Origin: Azolla caroliniana
Lineage: Eukaryota; Plantae; Polypodiophyta
Reading direction: 5' to 3'
Length of the DNA: 64,000 nucleotides
NCBI GenBank assembly: GCA_043228905.1
Contig: JBHGNT010000020.1
Span: 1,736,001 to 1,800,000 of the forward strand
This document shows, in pieces, positions 21,601-35,300 of this stretch. Below the pieces are notes generated by a model. That model was given only the letters and a program-made list of their open reading frames with translations, was not told the DNA's origin and ran no database searches. Positions within the stretch are counted from its first letter, which is position 1. The number at the start of each line of letters is the position of its first letter. A program made the position numbers and the translations under genes.

Positions 21601-24485
21601 TGTAGTTTCCTTATGTTTACTTGGTTTTTTTGTTTTATGTGGGTTTTCATGAGTACAATGCGTTAATATAATTCCTGACTACTATTCCTCAACGTGAACA
21701 CATGAGAAAATTACTGAATGGAAAGCGCAAAGAGGAACACATTGTTGCATAAATGTGCGTGTGTATGCTGCTCAAGTAGAACCGCAGGGGCCTTGAACTG
21801 GAGAAGATGTGATGCTGTTGAGGAGGTACTTGCAATGGCTTCAGCTGAAATTTCATGCTTTGCCAACCTTTTCATGGGCTTGAACCTCATGGGATTTCTT
21901 TCGTGGAATCCTTTTGTGGAAAGTCTTTGGGGAATTCCTCATGGAATGTTTGTGGATTCCCTGTTGTGGAATTCCCTCGGGGAATTCTCTTTCTGGAAAG
22001 CCTTTGTGGGTTGCCTTCATGCAATCTCATGAGTGTAATGGGGCCTGCTCACAGATTCGAAATGGCACTCGTAGAATGAATGAGCGGCCGTGGAATTGTA
22101 AGGGTGCTTGTGGATTCCCTTTGTGGAATTCGTTTGCGGTGAAGGAATTTCTTTCGTGGAATCCCCTTTGACAGCTTTCGAGTGCTCTCTTCTGGCAAAT
22201 CGAACACTGTTACACAGTGAGATTAGATTAAGGACACCAATTTTTTATTACAATGAGAAAACCCCTTTTAACATAGGGTGAGCAATGGAAGGAATACAAA
22301 AGGAAGGGGGAATAAACCAAGACGAAGTTCCTTGAGTTTTTGTGGCCCGAGTTCACGAACGATGGCTGCCTTGTACACGTCCTCTTTGAACACCTCTTTT
22401 CTCCGTGTGTTATGCCCCTCTCCCAAGCAAGAAGAATCCTCAATATCCTCTCTCACAACCCCCCAAAAGAAGCTTGGTAGAAGGAGAAGAAGATGAAGAG
22501 AAGTGGCCCAAAATCCACTCTCTCACTGCACACCAAGTAACCCTAAAACAACCCTAATAATAAGGAAGAAGAAGAAGAACTCATGAATCCTCCCAAAAAC
22601 CATAACAATACGTGGTTTGATGGCCACTCCTTACTGTATTTCCCTTTGTTATTCCTCATTCCTAATGCATCCTATAAATGCAAGCTAGTGGACTTTCCTT
22701 GAAACCATCTGCCTCACACAATATATGCATGCATTATTAGCAACCTTTCTAGTGTCCAGACCTATGAAAAAGGAATTGAGTAAGCTCTAATGAAAGAAGG
22801 GATTGTCCCTTTGCAGTTAAGTTAGGGATGCCAGTCCTCTATCTGGTGGTTCTAAATGGCAACAGGGTCTGAGAGACATGATATCTCCAACAAAATCAGT
22901 GTGTAGGAATTTTGAGTTTGCTAACCAGGTGCCAAATGATGCAAGATGGTTGACCTCAAGCGTGAGTCTGGAAGCACTATCAGTAGTCTCTTTGTAGGAT
23001 TGTATTAGAAAGAAATTTGAAATGATTTTGACACATCTGCATGAGTTTGATTCTTTATCCATTGCTGACCAATTTAGAGTCGGATTATTTTAGAAGGATT
23101 GGGTTGGCAGTGGAGCTTGTGTAAATGATACAAGGGTGGGATGATCACATCATCATTTTGAATGAGGATCGACTATCTAAGGTGGTGGGTTTCTGACAAT
23201 TCTAAGAGCTGTATTACAAGATTGTGAGTGGTAAAGGGAGAATCATTCTTCATTACTTCTAAAGAAAACTTGTACATGATTATGTAGTGGTACTTTCAAT
23301 CATAGTGCTTACTGGTTTTCTAAAGTGTTTTCTAACATGGCTTCTTGTTATTGCATTGTCATGAAAATCACCAAATTCTTTTTCTTTTTAGCTCATAGCT
23401 GGTAACTATTTTGTTACATATTTCATTGTTTTCTGATTTTTGTTTAGTAATGTTCATGAGGATTTACCAACATCTCTATTTTGGACCAGGTGCTCCCACC
23501 TGATATGATTGTGTTGGCAGAACCTGTCCCTGAAAATATGGTTGAAGCAATTGGATGTGCTATAAAGATTCTTCCAAAGATTGATCCTTATGACATGCAC
23601 AATAGGGTTTGTATATAATTGATTTCTAACCAATATTAACTTATCAAGCTTCCTAATTATGATATGAATTAAGATGAAGTCTTCACTGATTTGACACTTC
23701 ATTTGCTTAATGTCTAGATGAGGACTTTATACAGTTGGACAGATGTTGCAAGAAGAACGGAAGTTGTTTATGATCATGCAATGAATGTTTATGATGAAGA
23801 TCTCCTGCAGCGTCTTTCAAGGCAAGTCATAAACCATGTTGGATTTGATGATTTTGTAATCTTAAACATTCTTATAATCTGACTGATACCATATTATATA
23901 GGTATTTCGAATGTGGCCCTTGGGCTGGGAAATTATTCTGCTTAGTGGTTATCCTTGACTTCATAATATGGAGGATCTTAGAATGGTGGAAGGTGAGCTA
24001 TATGATGAACAATGTCATACAAATTTATTATTGCTATCATTGAAATCAAGCCCAAAATGAAACGATGTTATGTTCATCCTCTATTTATTTGCATTATGGA
24101 CTATTTAACTGATCGACTATAAATGGGCAAAAAGACACTTAGTTGACTGACTTCATACGTTATGGATTACATTATCCAACGTACTAGAAGGCATAACCAT
24201 TTAGATATTGTGTGCTAAATGAAAACCAGTTTGGATTAAGAACATGATCGAGCTTCAATGCCAGGTGTAATTTTTGGATACACTAGTTTGGCACCAAGAA
24301 TATGAACATCTTTTGTTTCTACACTAACAGTAAATTAAACTGTCTGACAAAGATATTTGTGATAAATGTTTTATGCATTCAGATTTTAACACATTATCTC
24401 TGGTGCATTTTATCCTTTTCAGCCTTCAAAAGAGGTGGATATCGCCCCAGATGTGGTTAACTGTAAGGTAACAAAACAGTCATAA
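18678..24485 (+). CDS. PIGA: Phosphatidylinositol N-acetylglucosaminyltransferase subunit A (GPI anchor biosynthesis; SETH2/GPI3 orthologue), 8 exons
   Basis: Exons 18678-18938, 19828-20403, 20496-20650, 21097-21187, 23490-23606, 23718-23821, 23902-23992, 24423-24485 join in frame: [84 protein letters not shown]. Confidence 0.95.
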
Positions 24486-25953
24486 GTTCTCTTACCACTG
24501 CTTGGCTATGATGGATGCTCAATCGAAACTGTAATTATGAGTTTTTTATGTACTCACAATCAAGCTTTGAAAACTTTAATTCTCTGTTCTTTATATACTT
24601 GTGGACAAGCTTTGTGCACAACCTTTATTCATTTCCTGACTATTCTGAAGTGTAATGAGCATGTGACAAAACAATTCCCCATGAAACCATTATTATATCT
24701 TAATTCAGGTATTGTTGTTTTTTGTATCATCTTCATGTAATTTAGGAACATCTGTTATGTATATTTATGAGAAATTTCTTTTTTCCCTGTTTAGAAGTTG
24801 CACTCACATTGGTGTTAGATGAGTGTGTCCATGCTTATATATATGAGATATTGTTGCTGCTTGGCCATCATTGCACTCAACTCAGTCGAGAGATGTATCT
24901 ACAATGAGTTTTTTCTATGCTCAAATAAGAACATATGTCATATGCTAATTTCTAATAGTTTAGGAAATGCTTACACTAAATAACAAACAATGTCCACCTA
25001 TAAATTCCAGAATGCAAGCGGCTCAATGTGATGGGCTTGCAAAACAGATATTATGCATCTCATCTATAGATCCATCTCAGTCAATGTATCTATGTCATCA
25101 TTGTCTATAGATCCGTGAATATGTGCAGTATCTCATCTCTATAGGTACATCAATTGATTCAATTTGGGTTCATCTACAGTTTTCTTATGCTCAAGCGGAT
25201 TTCGATGTACAAGCTTTTCATATTAAACAAACATATCCAAGCAAATCTTGACTATTTAACAATATACTTCTCTGTCAGATGATAAGGGATAAATCTTTTG
25301 AGCAAGCTTGACTAATTTCAACATGTACATCTAAATACAGATTTACCTCAAATATATCATCCTGGATCTTCTTTCTAAATAAATGCATGAGGAACTCTTG
25401 ATGCATGAGAACTCAAACTTAATGCAATATTGTATAAATAGAGGAATACAAAAGCTGCTACTAGACATACCTAATGGTGAAATATTTTGTCGTGAAATAA
25501 AACTAGATCCTATGATCTAATAGCTTGGCCCAAGTTATCTTACCATTCTACTTAAGGTCTATAAGTTATTGCATGATTTTGTTAAGATGATGTGAAGGGT
25601 TCAAAATATATGTTTTTCGTTTTGGATAGACTTATTGAATCAATAGGCTTTCCACAACAATATATTATTTCACTTCACAGTTTAGGTATCACTATCCCAT
25701 GCTTTTTTTTGGGCAATGTGGTCACAATTCACTTCTTCAATTCTTCAAATTTTCTCTATTTGGTTTCTCTCATGTAAACTCCTTACAACGTAGGTGATGA
25801 GAGATTTAAAGATTCCCAATTCAAGTTGTTTATGTGAAAAGTGTATGTAATGTTTATGCCATTTTTAAGTTCAAACATTCCATAATAGATTTTTCTAGTA
25901 GTTATAAGCTGTTTCATTATAAAAAAATATGATATTAATGCAACCTTTTAGAT

Positions 25954-28731
25954 TTATCTTCTTACATGATCAAAAATTTGTTTTCCACATTCAATGTTAC
26001 CTAAGTTTCTAGATGCATAAAGTATTGTATGCCATGTTACCTGATCAGGGGGGTCTGGCATTCTCTTGATCATGGCCATCGCTTTATCAAGATGACCTGT
26101 TCTGCTAAGAATACCAACCATGCATGTATGATGCTCCAATGTTGGAATAATGCCGTGGTCTTTGGTCATTGCCTCAAAGTAGGAATGGCTTTCATGAAAT
26201 AGGCCTCCAGAATTGCATGTACCAAGAATAATAACAAACGTAACTGAATTTGGCTTTATCCCTTCCTCTAGCATTATATTGAAACAATGAAAAACTTTTT
26301 CACTTGCCCCAATTTGAGCATACCCAGACATCAGTGCGGTCCTCGACACGACATCTTGAATCCGCAACCTATTGAAAACTCGATGTGCTACATCAAGCAT
26401 GCCACATTTAGCATACATATCAACTAGTGTGTTTCCAATATCAAGATCGTTTTCTAGTAACCCTTGTCTTTCAATCTCATCATGAATTTTTTTACCTTCA
26501 ACTGCAGATCGAATGCTTGCAGCAGCTTTCAAGGTGCAAAGTAGTGTCACATCATTGGGGGGGATGTTACAAAGTTTCATATGTTCAAAAGACTTCAAAG
26601 CTTCCTCGCCATGTCCATGTTCAACATATCCAGAAACAAGTGTAGTCCATGAAACCACTTCTCGTATCAGAAGTTTGTTAAACACATCTTTTGCTGTGTC
26701 AAATGAGCCACATTTCACATACATGTCAAGCAATGCATTCATGATGATAGGATCTTCTTCAATCAAACCTTTCTTTTCAATGTCAGCATGAATTTTCTGG
26801 CCCATGTTTATGGCATTTATGCTTCCACAAGCTTTCAAAACAATGACTGTGGTGGCTGCATCAGGAGAAAACCCACTCTGTTGCATCCAATCAAAATACT
26901 TGATTGCCTCTTTACCATCTCCATGCTCAACAAACCCTGATATTAATGTGGTCCATGAAACTACATCTCGACATGCAAGGTCATCAAATACTTTACGAGC
27001 GATAGCAAATTGACCATATTTGACATACATATCAATCAATGCATTCCCTAATGTAAGATTTGTTTTCAGTAGTCCTTGTTTTTCTATTGCAATATGTATT
27101 TCTTGGCCAAGCCCTATAGCTCCTACACACCCGCAAGCTTTCAAGCTGCAAATGAGTGTGATGGCATCAGGATAGATGCCCTCAATTTGCATATTTTGAA
27201 AACATGAAAGTGCTTCTTTACCATACCCATGTTCAGTATAACCTGTCAATAGAGCATTCCATGAGATTGTATTACGGATAGGACGTGTGTCAAACATTTG
27301 ATTTGCGTCAACATAAAACTTACATCTAGCATACATGTCAATCAAAGTGTTGCCAATGGTGTCATCATTCTCCAAAATGCCAAGCCTTTCCACATCACCA
27401 TGTAATTGTTGCCCTGTTATGATGGCCCTTGAAGTAGCACAAGCTTTCATAGTGCATACCAATGTGACACTATTTGGAAGGATATCCTCAAGTTGCATCT
27501 GTTCAAAACACTTGATTGCTTCCTCAGGATATCCATGATCTACATACCTAGATATTAATAAAGTCCAAGACACTACATCTCTATTTTGAAGCTTATCAAA
27601 TACTTTTCTTGCAATATCAAAGTAACCAAATTTGGCATACATCTCAACTAAAGAATTGCCAACAGGAGTACCACGTTGTGATAAACCCCTCTTTTCTGTC
27701 TCTATGTGTATTTCTTGGCCCTTGCAGATGGCTTTTAAGTCGCCACAAGCTTTTAATATACACATAAATGTGATAGAGTCTGGACTAACATTTTCAAGTT
27801 GCATATGCCGATAACATTTCAGTGCTTCTTCACCATGCCCATTTTCAACATATCCAATTATAAGAGCATTCCATGACACTTCATTCTGACTCGGAAGTTT
27901 TTCAAAGACTTGACGTGCCATGCCAATCATGCCACATTTGGCATACATATCAACCAAGGTGCTACCAACTGTAACGGCATTGCTTTCGAGGAATCCATGG
28001 CTTTCAATCTTGGCATGCATTGCTTTGCCCTTACTTATTGCTCTCAGGTCAGCACATGCTTTCAAGGCACTAATAAATGTGATAGAATTAGGGTTTATCC
28101 CCTCGAGTTGCATTTGCTCGAACAATTGTAATGCTCCCTCACTCTCTCCATGTTCAATGAAGCATGTGATAAGCAGAGTCCAAGTGACAACATTCTGGCC
28201 TCTAAGCTTATCGAAGGCATCTCGTGCATGTGATAAATAACCACATTTCGCATACATGTCCACCAAAGCACTACCAACAAAAAGGTTTGTTTCAAGGAAT
28301 CCTAGTCTTTCGGCTTCTTTATGTATTTTGATGCCTCTTTCGATGCTTCCAATTTTGGCACAAGTCTTGAGTAAGGCCACAAGAGTATGTCCACTGGGAT
28401 CCTTCTCGTGCTTAAGCATATCATGATACATAAGGAAAGCACATTCAAACAGACCACATTCCACATAACCTGTGATAAGGAAATTCCATGACATCTCATT
28501 GCAATATATAAGCCTGTCCAATATGCAATGTGCATCATGTATACATCCGATTGAAACTAATTTAGGAATAATGTCATTTCCTATAGATTTATGAGATCTA
28601 AGACCACTTTTAAGCATGTATAAATGAAGTAATTGGAGAGTTTTCTCTTGATCTCGAAGAAGTCGATTCGAACTACGACACAAGATGCTGCGCAAAGCTT
28701 CAATGGAAGCTTGAGGGAAGGAATGCACCAT
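25954..28731 (-). CDS. PLS-class pentatricopeptide repeat protein with C-terminal E-type motifs, no DYW domain
   Basis: 925 aa intronless ORF with recurring P-L-S triplets (DVVSWT.LI.GY.EHG; P+SITF...LKAC; GN.LVDMYAKCG), ending HGIIPTLEHHTCMVGILSRTG...PDQVTWHTIL. Confidence 0.93.
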   Translation of the reverse strand: MVHSFPQASIEALRSILCRSSNRLLRDQEKTLQLLHLYMLKSGLRSHKSIGNDIIPKLVSIGCIHDAHCILDRLIYCNEMSWNFLITGYVECGLFECAFLMYHDMLKHEKDPSGHTLVALLKTCAKIGSIERGIKIHKEAERLGFLETNLFVGSALVDMYAKCGYLSHARDAFDKLRGQNVVTWTLLITCFIEHGESEGALQLFEQMQLEGINPNSITFISALKACADLRAISKGKAMHAKIESHGFLESNAVTVGSTLVDMYAKCGMIGMARQVFEKLPSQNEVSWNALIIGYVENGHGEEALKCYRHMQLENVSPDSITFMCILKACGDLKAICKGQEIHIETEKRGLSQRGTPVGNSLVEMYAKFGYFDIARKVFDKLQNRDVVSWTLLISRYVDHGYPEEAIKCFEQMQLEDILPNSVTLVCTMKACATSRAIITGQQLHGDVERLGILENDDTIGNTLIDMYARCKFYVDANQMFDTRPIRNTISWNALLTGYTEHGYGKEALSCFQNMQIEGIYPDAITLICSLKACGCVGAIGLGQEIHIAIEKQGLLKTNLTLGNALIDMYVKYGQFAIARKVFDDLACRDVVSWTTLISGFVEHGDGKEAIKYFDWMQQSGFSPDAATTVIVLKACGSINAINMGQKIHADIEKKGLIEEDPIIMNALLDMYVKCGSFDTAKDVFNKLLIREVVSWTTLVSGYVEHGHGEEALKSFEHMKLCNIPPNDVTLLCTLKAAASIRSAVEGKKIHDEIERQGLLENDLDIGNTLVDMYAKCGMLDVAHRVFNRLRIQDVVSRTALMSGYAQIGASEKVFHCFNIMLEEGIKPNSVTFVIILGTCNSGGLFHESHSYFEAMTKDHGIIPTLEHHTCMVGILSRTGHLDKAMAMIKRMPDPPDQVTWHTILYASRNLGNIECGKQIFDHVRR

Positions 28732-28974
28732 TTATGAAAGAAGAAAGGAGGTGCCCGAAGGCTCTCACCCGGTTTCGAGTTAGGGTAAAGACCTTGATAC
28801 TGTCTCCCCAGAGGCCATCTGAAAGGTTCTTTCCCAAGGTCCATGAATTGAGCATGAAGTAACCAGAGATGAAGTCCCATGTTGGGTTGGGATCGGTTCT
28901 CTGTGATTGGTTGATCTAATCACAACATACTGGGTAATGTCCATCAACACATCCCCTTTCCTTCTTCATAGGAA

Positions 28975-29095
28975 TATATATACGTACATATGTATGTATA
29001 TCTGTGTATGCAGGTATGTATGTATGTATGTATAGGTATATATGTATCAGTATGTATGTATGTATGTATTTGTGCATGGATGTATGTATGTATAT
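28975..29095. repeat. (TATG)n degenerate microsatellite
   Basis: Direct reading. Confidence 0.8.
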
Positions 29096-30701
29096 CTGTC
29101 CCTATTTTGTTTCAAAGCCATAGCTTTTCTAAAAACCCACAAGAATCTCACTAAGTATACCCCCAACCTTTTCTTCTAGAAATCTCACTTGCTCGAATTA
29201 CTATTGATTACTAGATTACCTTGCAACATAAGCTTTACCCTAACCTTTATGATTGCCATGAGTCCCTTACGATTGATCTAGTCTCTTTTCTACTGTCATG
29301 GGTCCATTACGCTTTACTGGACTCTTTAGATTGTTGTGAGACCGTTATGTTGTTGGGATGTGATGTGTGTATGAATGGAGAAACACGTAATAATGTCAAG
29401 TTTACGATAAGGTTAAGGTTTTGGTTGAAGGCATAGTTGGGAGGAGATATCATGACGTAAATATCAAACAACCACCAAAGATAGCTCAAGTGGCAAGAGT
29501 TAACCAATTGGACAATGGGGTATAACAAAGGACAAATGTTGTGCTAAAATAACAACTTAGCACGAGTGGCAACAATCAAGCATGCACCTTGTGCACACGT
29601 TTTGATTGGTGGGTTCATGTGACATGGTTTGTAGGTCTTCTTGTTATTTTTCTATTTGTTGACTTAGGTGATGAACCTGGGAGGTCTCTTTTAAGTCAAC
29701 TATGGTGATCCACTATTGCCATGCCTTCGGGATTGGAAATAGTTTTGTTCTTGAGACCCAAATTTGCGTAATGATATTTTTGTCCTTTTTAGGGTGGATC
29801 ACACTCTTCATGTCTTCACTTGTCAAGTTTTATTACTGAAGTGAATTGTGCTCTTCTTGTTCCATCTTTGTGCAATTGGTCATTTAATTAACTTTGATAT
29901 TGTTGGTTAGGGAATGATTTTCGTTATCGTTTGGTTGGTCGACGTAGGTCGTTTTCTTTGCAAGGGATGTGCTTGGGGAGACAAACTTTTCACTTGGCTT
30001 CGTGTGGGCAACCAGAATTGTGTGGCTCCTTCGTGCCAACCTCAAGCTTTTGTTAGTGTTTTGCGGATGCACCATAAAGTTACTTTATCTTTGTTTCTCC
30101 AATCCGCATATATATTGTGGATATTCACCCACATTTTGTGTTTTGTCACTCTTTGTAGGAGTGACAGTTGGCAACGATTGTATGGGCGTTGCTAGCTTGT
30201 TTTTTAGTACCAATTGTTGCATTATTATTTCACTTCATGGTTTTGACCGCAATTCTTCGGTTAATGGTTAAAACTTAGAATGTTGTTGGTTATTCTTGTA
30301 GTATTTGTGGCTTTTGCAAGACTATCCCTAACTTTGATGGGGGTTGTGATGAAGGAGGTTGTGTGGTGTGGAAGAATTGCGGTGAGTAGGGTCGTGTATG
30401 CAGAAGCCACACACCAACCAACCTTTGATACAAAGTCCAAACACCACTACTCTTATGCTTATTAATTGTGGATTTTCAACTTGTAAAATATCTCAAATAT
30501 CATTCCACCTCATGCATTGAGATATTAATCATGGAGTTTAGAAAACCTAGATCTTTTATTTTTGCTTTAGTATTAATCATGGAGGTTAGAGAACCAAGAG
30601 ATTTTAATTTTGTTTCAATATCAATATGGGTGGCTTGAAATCACCCATATTTGTAATCATTTTGTGTCATAGGATGATTTTGGCCTCTCATGGACATTAA
30701 C

Positions 30702-30705
<4 letters not shown>

Positions 30706-30742
<37 letters not shown>

Positions 30743-30751
30743 GTTGTTCTC

Positions 30752-30810
<59 letters not shown>
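30706..30810. repeat. (TA)n and (TC)n microsatellites
   Basis: Direct reading. Confidence 0.9.
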
Positions 30811-31453
30811 CGTCCACGTCTAATATTTTCTTACATTATTATGCATATGCAATGTGCATCACAATTTGAGCTTTCATCTATTTGAACCATCTCAAATAGA
30901 CGCCCATTGAATTGAGCCTCGTAATCACATAATTACAATAATATGATTGAAATAAAAGGATGATTAAAGAAGTCATATCTACATACATGTGGATATATAT
31001 TGATTCAAGCCTCTTTCTTCCAAAAATAATTTGTGTATGGAAAACTTGAATTAAATGTCTCTTTACAAAGCTAGTGGCAAGCAATGAAAATGCATGAGAT
31101 GGATTAAGAAATGCTCAACCTCATTAAACATACTATGTGTATTGCTCAAATATCCTTACATTCTTGATGAATATAAAGAATTTCTTTGTTTCAAAGTCAA
31201 TGATCATCTTGACCTATAAATAGCATTATCCTCACACCCAATAAAGTTATTGATTTACAAGAGTAAAAAGTTTGATATTGTGCGATCATTCTTAAATTGA
31301 AAGCATTAATCTAACATGAATCATGATAGTTGTGCATAGTAATACTCGATCACAAACAACATACATACGACAAACTATTCATTGGAATGATAATGAAACA
31401 TTTTTAATTTCCTTTACAAAGGTCCCCTTCTTCAGAAAAAGTCATGTCTAGTT

Positions 31454-32079
31454 TTTTTTTTCAAAAACAAAACTCCTTGCATTTATAAAAATTTAAAGTT
31501 GTGAATGTTATATACAAACCACAAATGGAACTCAATAGTTCCATCTTGTGTGGAGGCCCACTGACTCAAGTAAGGGAGAGGATGATCATTGCTGGATGAA
31601 GGCTAATCGTTGTTTTTCGGCTCCATTGGATACACTTGTGATGCCATCATATTGGCTCTTTATTGTGGCTACAATGTCACTTTGTATCTCTTGCAATAAT
31701 GTCGTTTGGTGCACAATTTCATTCGAAAAGACCCACCTACAACGTTTGCTTAAGATAGTCCATAATGTTTTCAGGCTGATCAATTCCAACACGACTTGAT
31801 CATTAGCATTGATGTGGGTTGAGTGAAAATTGTCGATGGTGGAAAACGGGATCTATTGTGCCATTATCACCATTGTCATCCCCTCCTGATGTTCGTATCT
31901 GTCAATTGGGGCCTATCATGATAACCAACATACATTCCCCCACTTCAATGTGCCTTGCACCTTGCTTGATTGCAATATTCGGCCAACCCCCCTTCATATT
32001 TGATGAGTCTTTGGGCAGTATGACAGAGGATGTCAAATTGATTCTATGTAATTGGGGCATGCTACACATTTACGAGAGC
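31454..32079 (-). mobile_element. L1-clade LINE copy 3, short 3' fragment
   Basis: Similar to the C-terminus of copies 1 and 2 (TLWTILSKRCRWVFSNE...RLAFIQQ), T run at left end, 17-bp TSD AAAAGTCATGT(C/G)TAGTT at 31437-31453 and 32080-32096. Confidence 0.88.
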
Positions 32080-32325
32080 AAAAGTCATGTGTAGTTGTCG
32101 TTCCAAAATTTCAACGAAAATAGATACACACTTCCCCAAATTTCTCTCTTTGAGGAAACTTGAAGACACATTTCTCTCTTTCTACATCTTAAAAACTTTT
32201 CACCAACTTTTTGAGGAGACTTTATCATCCCACAAACCGTTATTTCCCTTTACATGATTGATTTGTTACTTTTGCAATCTCCACTAATGACTGTATTGTG
32301 ATTTGGGAACTTTTGTACACGAGTT

Positions 32326-35300
32326 TTTTTCTTTTTTTTTCCAAAAAAAAACTCCTTCCATTAGTTATAAAATTTTACAAATGAGACGATTATGTACAAA
32401 TCCCTAAAGGGACGCGATAGTTCTATCTTATGTGGATGCCCACTGACTCAAGAAAGGGAGAGGACGACCATTGTTGGATGAAGGCTATGCATTGTCTTTC
32501 AACTCCCTCGGAGCCGCCCTTAAGGCCATCATATTGGCTCTTTAGAGTGGCTACAATTTCACTCCATATCTCTTGCAGTAACCTTGTTGGATGGGCGGTT
32601 TGGTTGGAGAAGACTCGCCTACATCGTTGTTTCCATAGAATCCAAAGGGTTATTGGGCTGACCAATTCTAACACCTCTTGAGATTTGTCATTAAGAGGAA
32701 TAGAGTGGACATTGCCGCTGGAGGAGAAAAGGACCTCTTGTGCTTTTATCACCAAAGTCATCCCCTCCTCCTGATGCTCGTACCGGCCAATTGCAGCTTG
32801 CCATGATAGCCAACATATATTTCCCCACTTGATTGAACATTGCACCTGGCATAATTGCAACAAGCGGCCAACCCCCCGCCATATTTGATGGGACGTTGGG
32901 CAGTTCCACAGAGCGTGTCGTATGGATTCTACTGCATGTGGGCACTCTACACAATTAGGAGAGCTAAGGTTCCCACGTTGCCATGCTCCCACCGGTAGGG
33001 ACTTATGTATTAACAACCATTGGAAAGTGGTAATTCGCCTCGCATGTTGTTGCTTCTAGATTTTCTGCCAAAACTTGGTGATTATTGCGGAGGGAACTTG
33101 AAATGTGTGCCAGACCTTCGCAACAGCCGGTTCTCGGGCGGCATGAGCAGCTAGAATGTGGCGACCCAATCTAGTTGTGAATTGGAAGAAAGGGATGGGT
33201 TTGCTTCCTTGCCCCGCGTAGGGATCACGCCATGTCCATTGCAAAGGGTCCCAACTGACCTTATGTAGCCATGTGTTTTCATGAGTACATATATGCCAAT
33301 CGGGTTGTACTTTAATCGGATCAGGATCTACAATCCATTTATGACCAGTGTACATGAGTAATCGAATGGCGTTATTCTGTGTTGGTGTCTAAGTGTCTCG
33401 CAATTCAGGGCCTTCGAGTCTGTCTGGTGATCCCCTACCTCTCGGGATCAGAGAACCCTCCTCCTCGTGGCCTATCCATTTCTCCATTGTTGTCCTTTGA
33501 GTAGCAGATTCCCTAATCAGTAGAGCATTAATGATTTCCGATCTCATAGTCCATCTGCCCCTGATTCCATGGAGTATGTTCGCCTGATCTTGTAGTGACA
33601 TTGACATAAACCGTCGCCAACATTCTATACTTTTTCCTGGACCTTCTGCAATGTATCCCCATGACAACCCTTACGTGATCCCAATAGTTGATTAGATTCA
33701 TCCTTGAGACATGGGTTCCATAGGATACGTTGACTGAGCCATGCAAGTTCGGATCTCGGTTGATCACACTTGAGCCCTCGACGAATGTCACACCATGCCT
33801 TCCACATGGATGCACTGAATCTATCCTCCAAATGGCGGGAGAAACTAGGTTTGAGATCCATGTTTAGAATCCATCCCGTTTCGGGGGCCCAATTGACCCC
33901 TTTTCGTGGCCTAAAGTAAGTGAAACGTAACCTCAGTAGCATTTTCCAATAATCATTTCCTGGTTGGAGTCCTCGCACCACAAATTTGGCAAGTAAGGCT
34001 TTCGATTGTGAAAGGGGATCAATAAGACCCAATCCTCCTCTCGACTTAGGCGCTGTGAGTATAGGCCACGCCACCTTGGCGTGAGCTACATGGTCTTCCT
34101 TACCAGACCAAATGTAGTTGCAGACCAATCATTGAATCTGATGTATACTTTCCTTGGAGATTGTCCAGCATGATAGACTGTACCATGTTGTTGCGAGGAG
34201 TACCTAATTTGCCACTATGATGCGACCTGCTAGCAACAATTTTTTTGAGCTCCAATGTATCAACTTTTGTCGAATGGAAAGGATAACGGGTGCAATCATA
34301 GTCTCTGACGGTATGTTGAAGCCAATTTGGAAGCCCAAATATTTGGTGCTCGCTCCTTGATTGATCCATTTGAAAGCGGGGTGTGGGTGCCACACCGGAT
34401 GTGTTTCCTGAGAGAACCATATTGCACAGGATTTGTGCCAATTGATAATGTGTTGGATCTCTTGCAAAATAAAGCTAGCCCACTTTCTAGCTTTTGGAGG
34501 TTTTCCAGGTCCCCTTGCAGGTAGACTGTTGTGTCATTTGCAAATTCTATATCCAGGATGCTTTGGTAAGAATGAGGTATGGGAAGACCACGTAGGTTGA
34601 GATGTTGTGAGTTGAGAAAGCAAGAGAGTGCTTCGGTGTATAATAGAAATAAGGATGGAGCTAGTGGGCATCCCTGCCGTACAGAGCGGGATATTCGGAA
34701 AAAGGGGCCCCTTTCACCTTCCAACGAAATGCAACTGTTGCCATTCCTATAAAATCCTGCAATGCCTTTGATCCATGTCTCTTGAAAACCGAGTTTCCTC
34801 ATCGCACTTTCTAGAAAGTTCCAGCATACCCTGTCATATGCTTTCTCAAAATCTAGTAGCACCACCGCTATCTTCTTGTTGGTCCGCTTGGCAAGGGCTA
34901 CTGCTTCACAAAATGAGAAGAGGTTGTCTAGGATGCTTCGATTTCTAACGAAACCTGTCTGGGACGGATGAATGAGTTGAGGGAGAAGTGGAGTTAAACG
35001 GTGTGCCACGATTTTTGCGAGCAACTTATAGACAGTATTGAGAAGAGTAATGGGCCACCACTTGTGAATGTCGTTGGCATTCCCACCACTTTTAGGAATG
35101 AGATGTATCATCCCCTGTCCAAAATCCTCTGGCATGCTTCCAGAGGTGATGATCTCCTCATATGCATGGAGGAGGTCTTCTTTAATAGTGCCCCAAAGGC
35201 ATGTGAAAAAGTGCAGGGTGAGACCGTCGATTCCGGGGCAGCTCTCGACATCTAAATCAGTGAGGGCCTCCCATATCTCAATGATTGATAGGGGACGCAC

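Noticed and set aside
29200-30460. Cluster of short ORFs with slightly higher GC
   Set aside because: No recognisable domain, termini or TSD; may be a very old TE remnant but cannot be supported by eye
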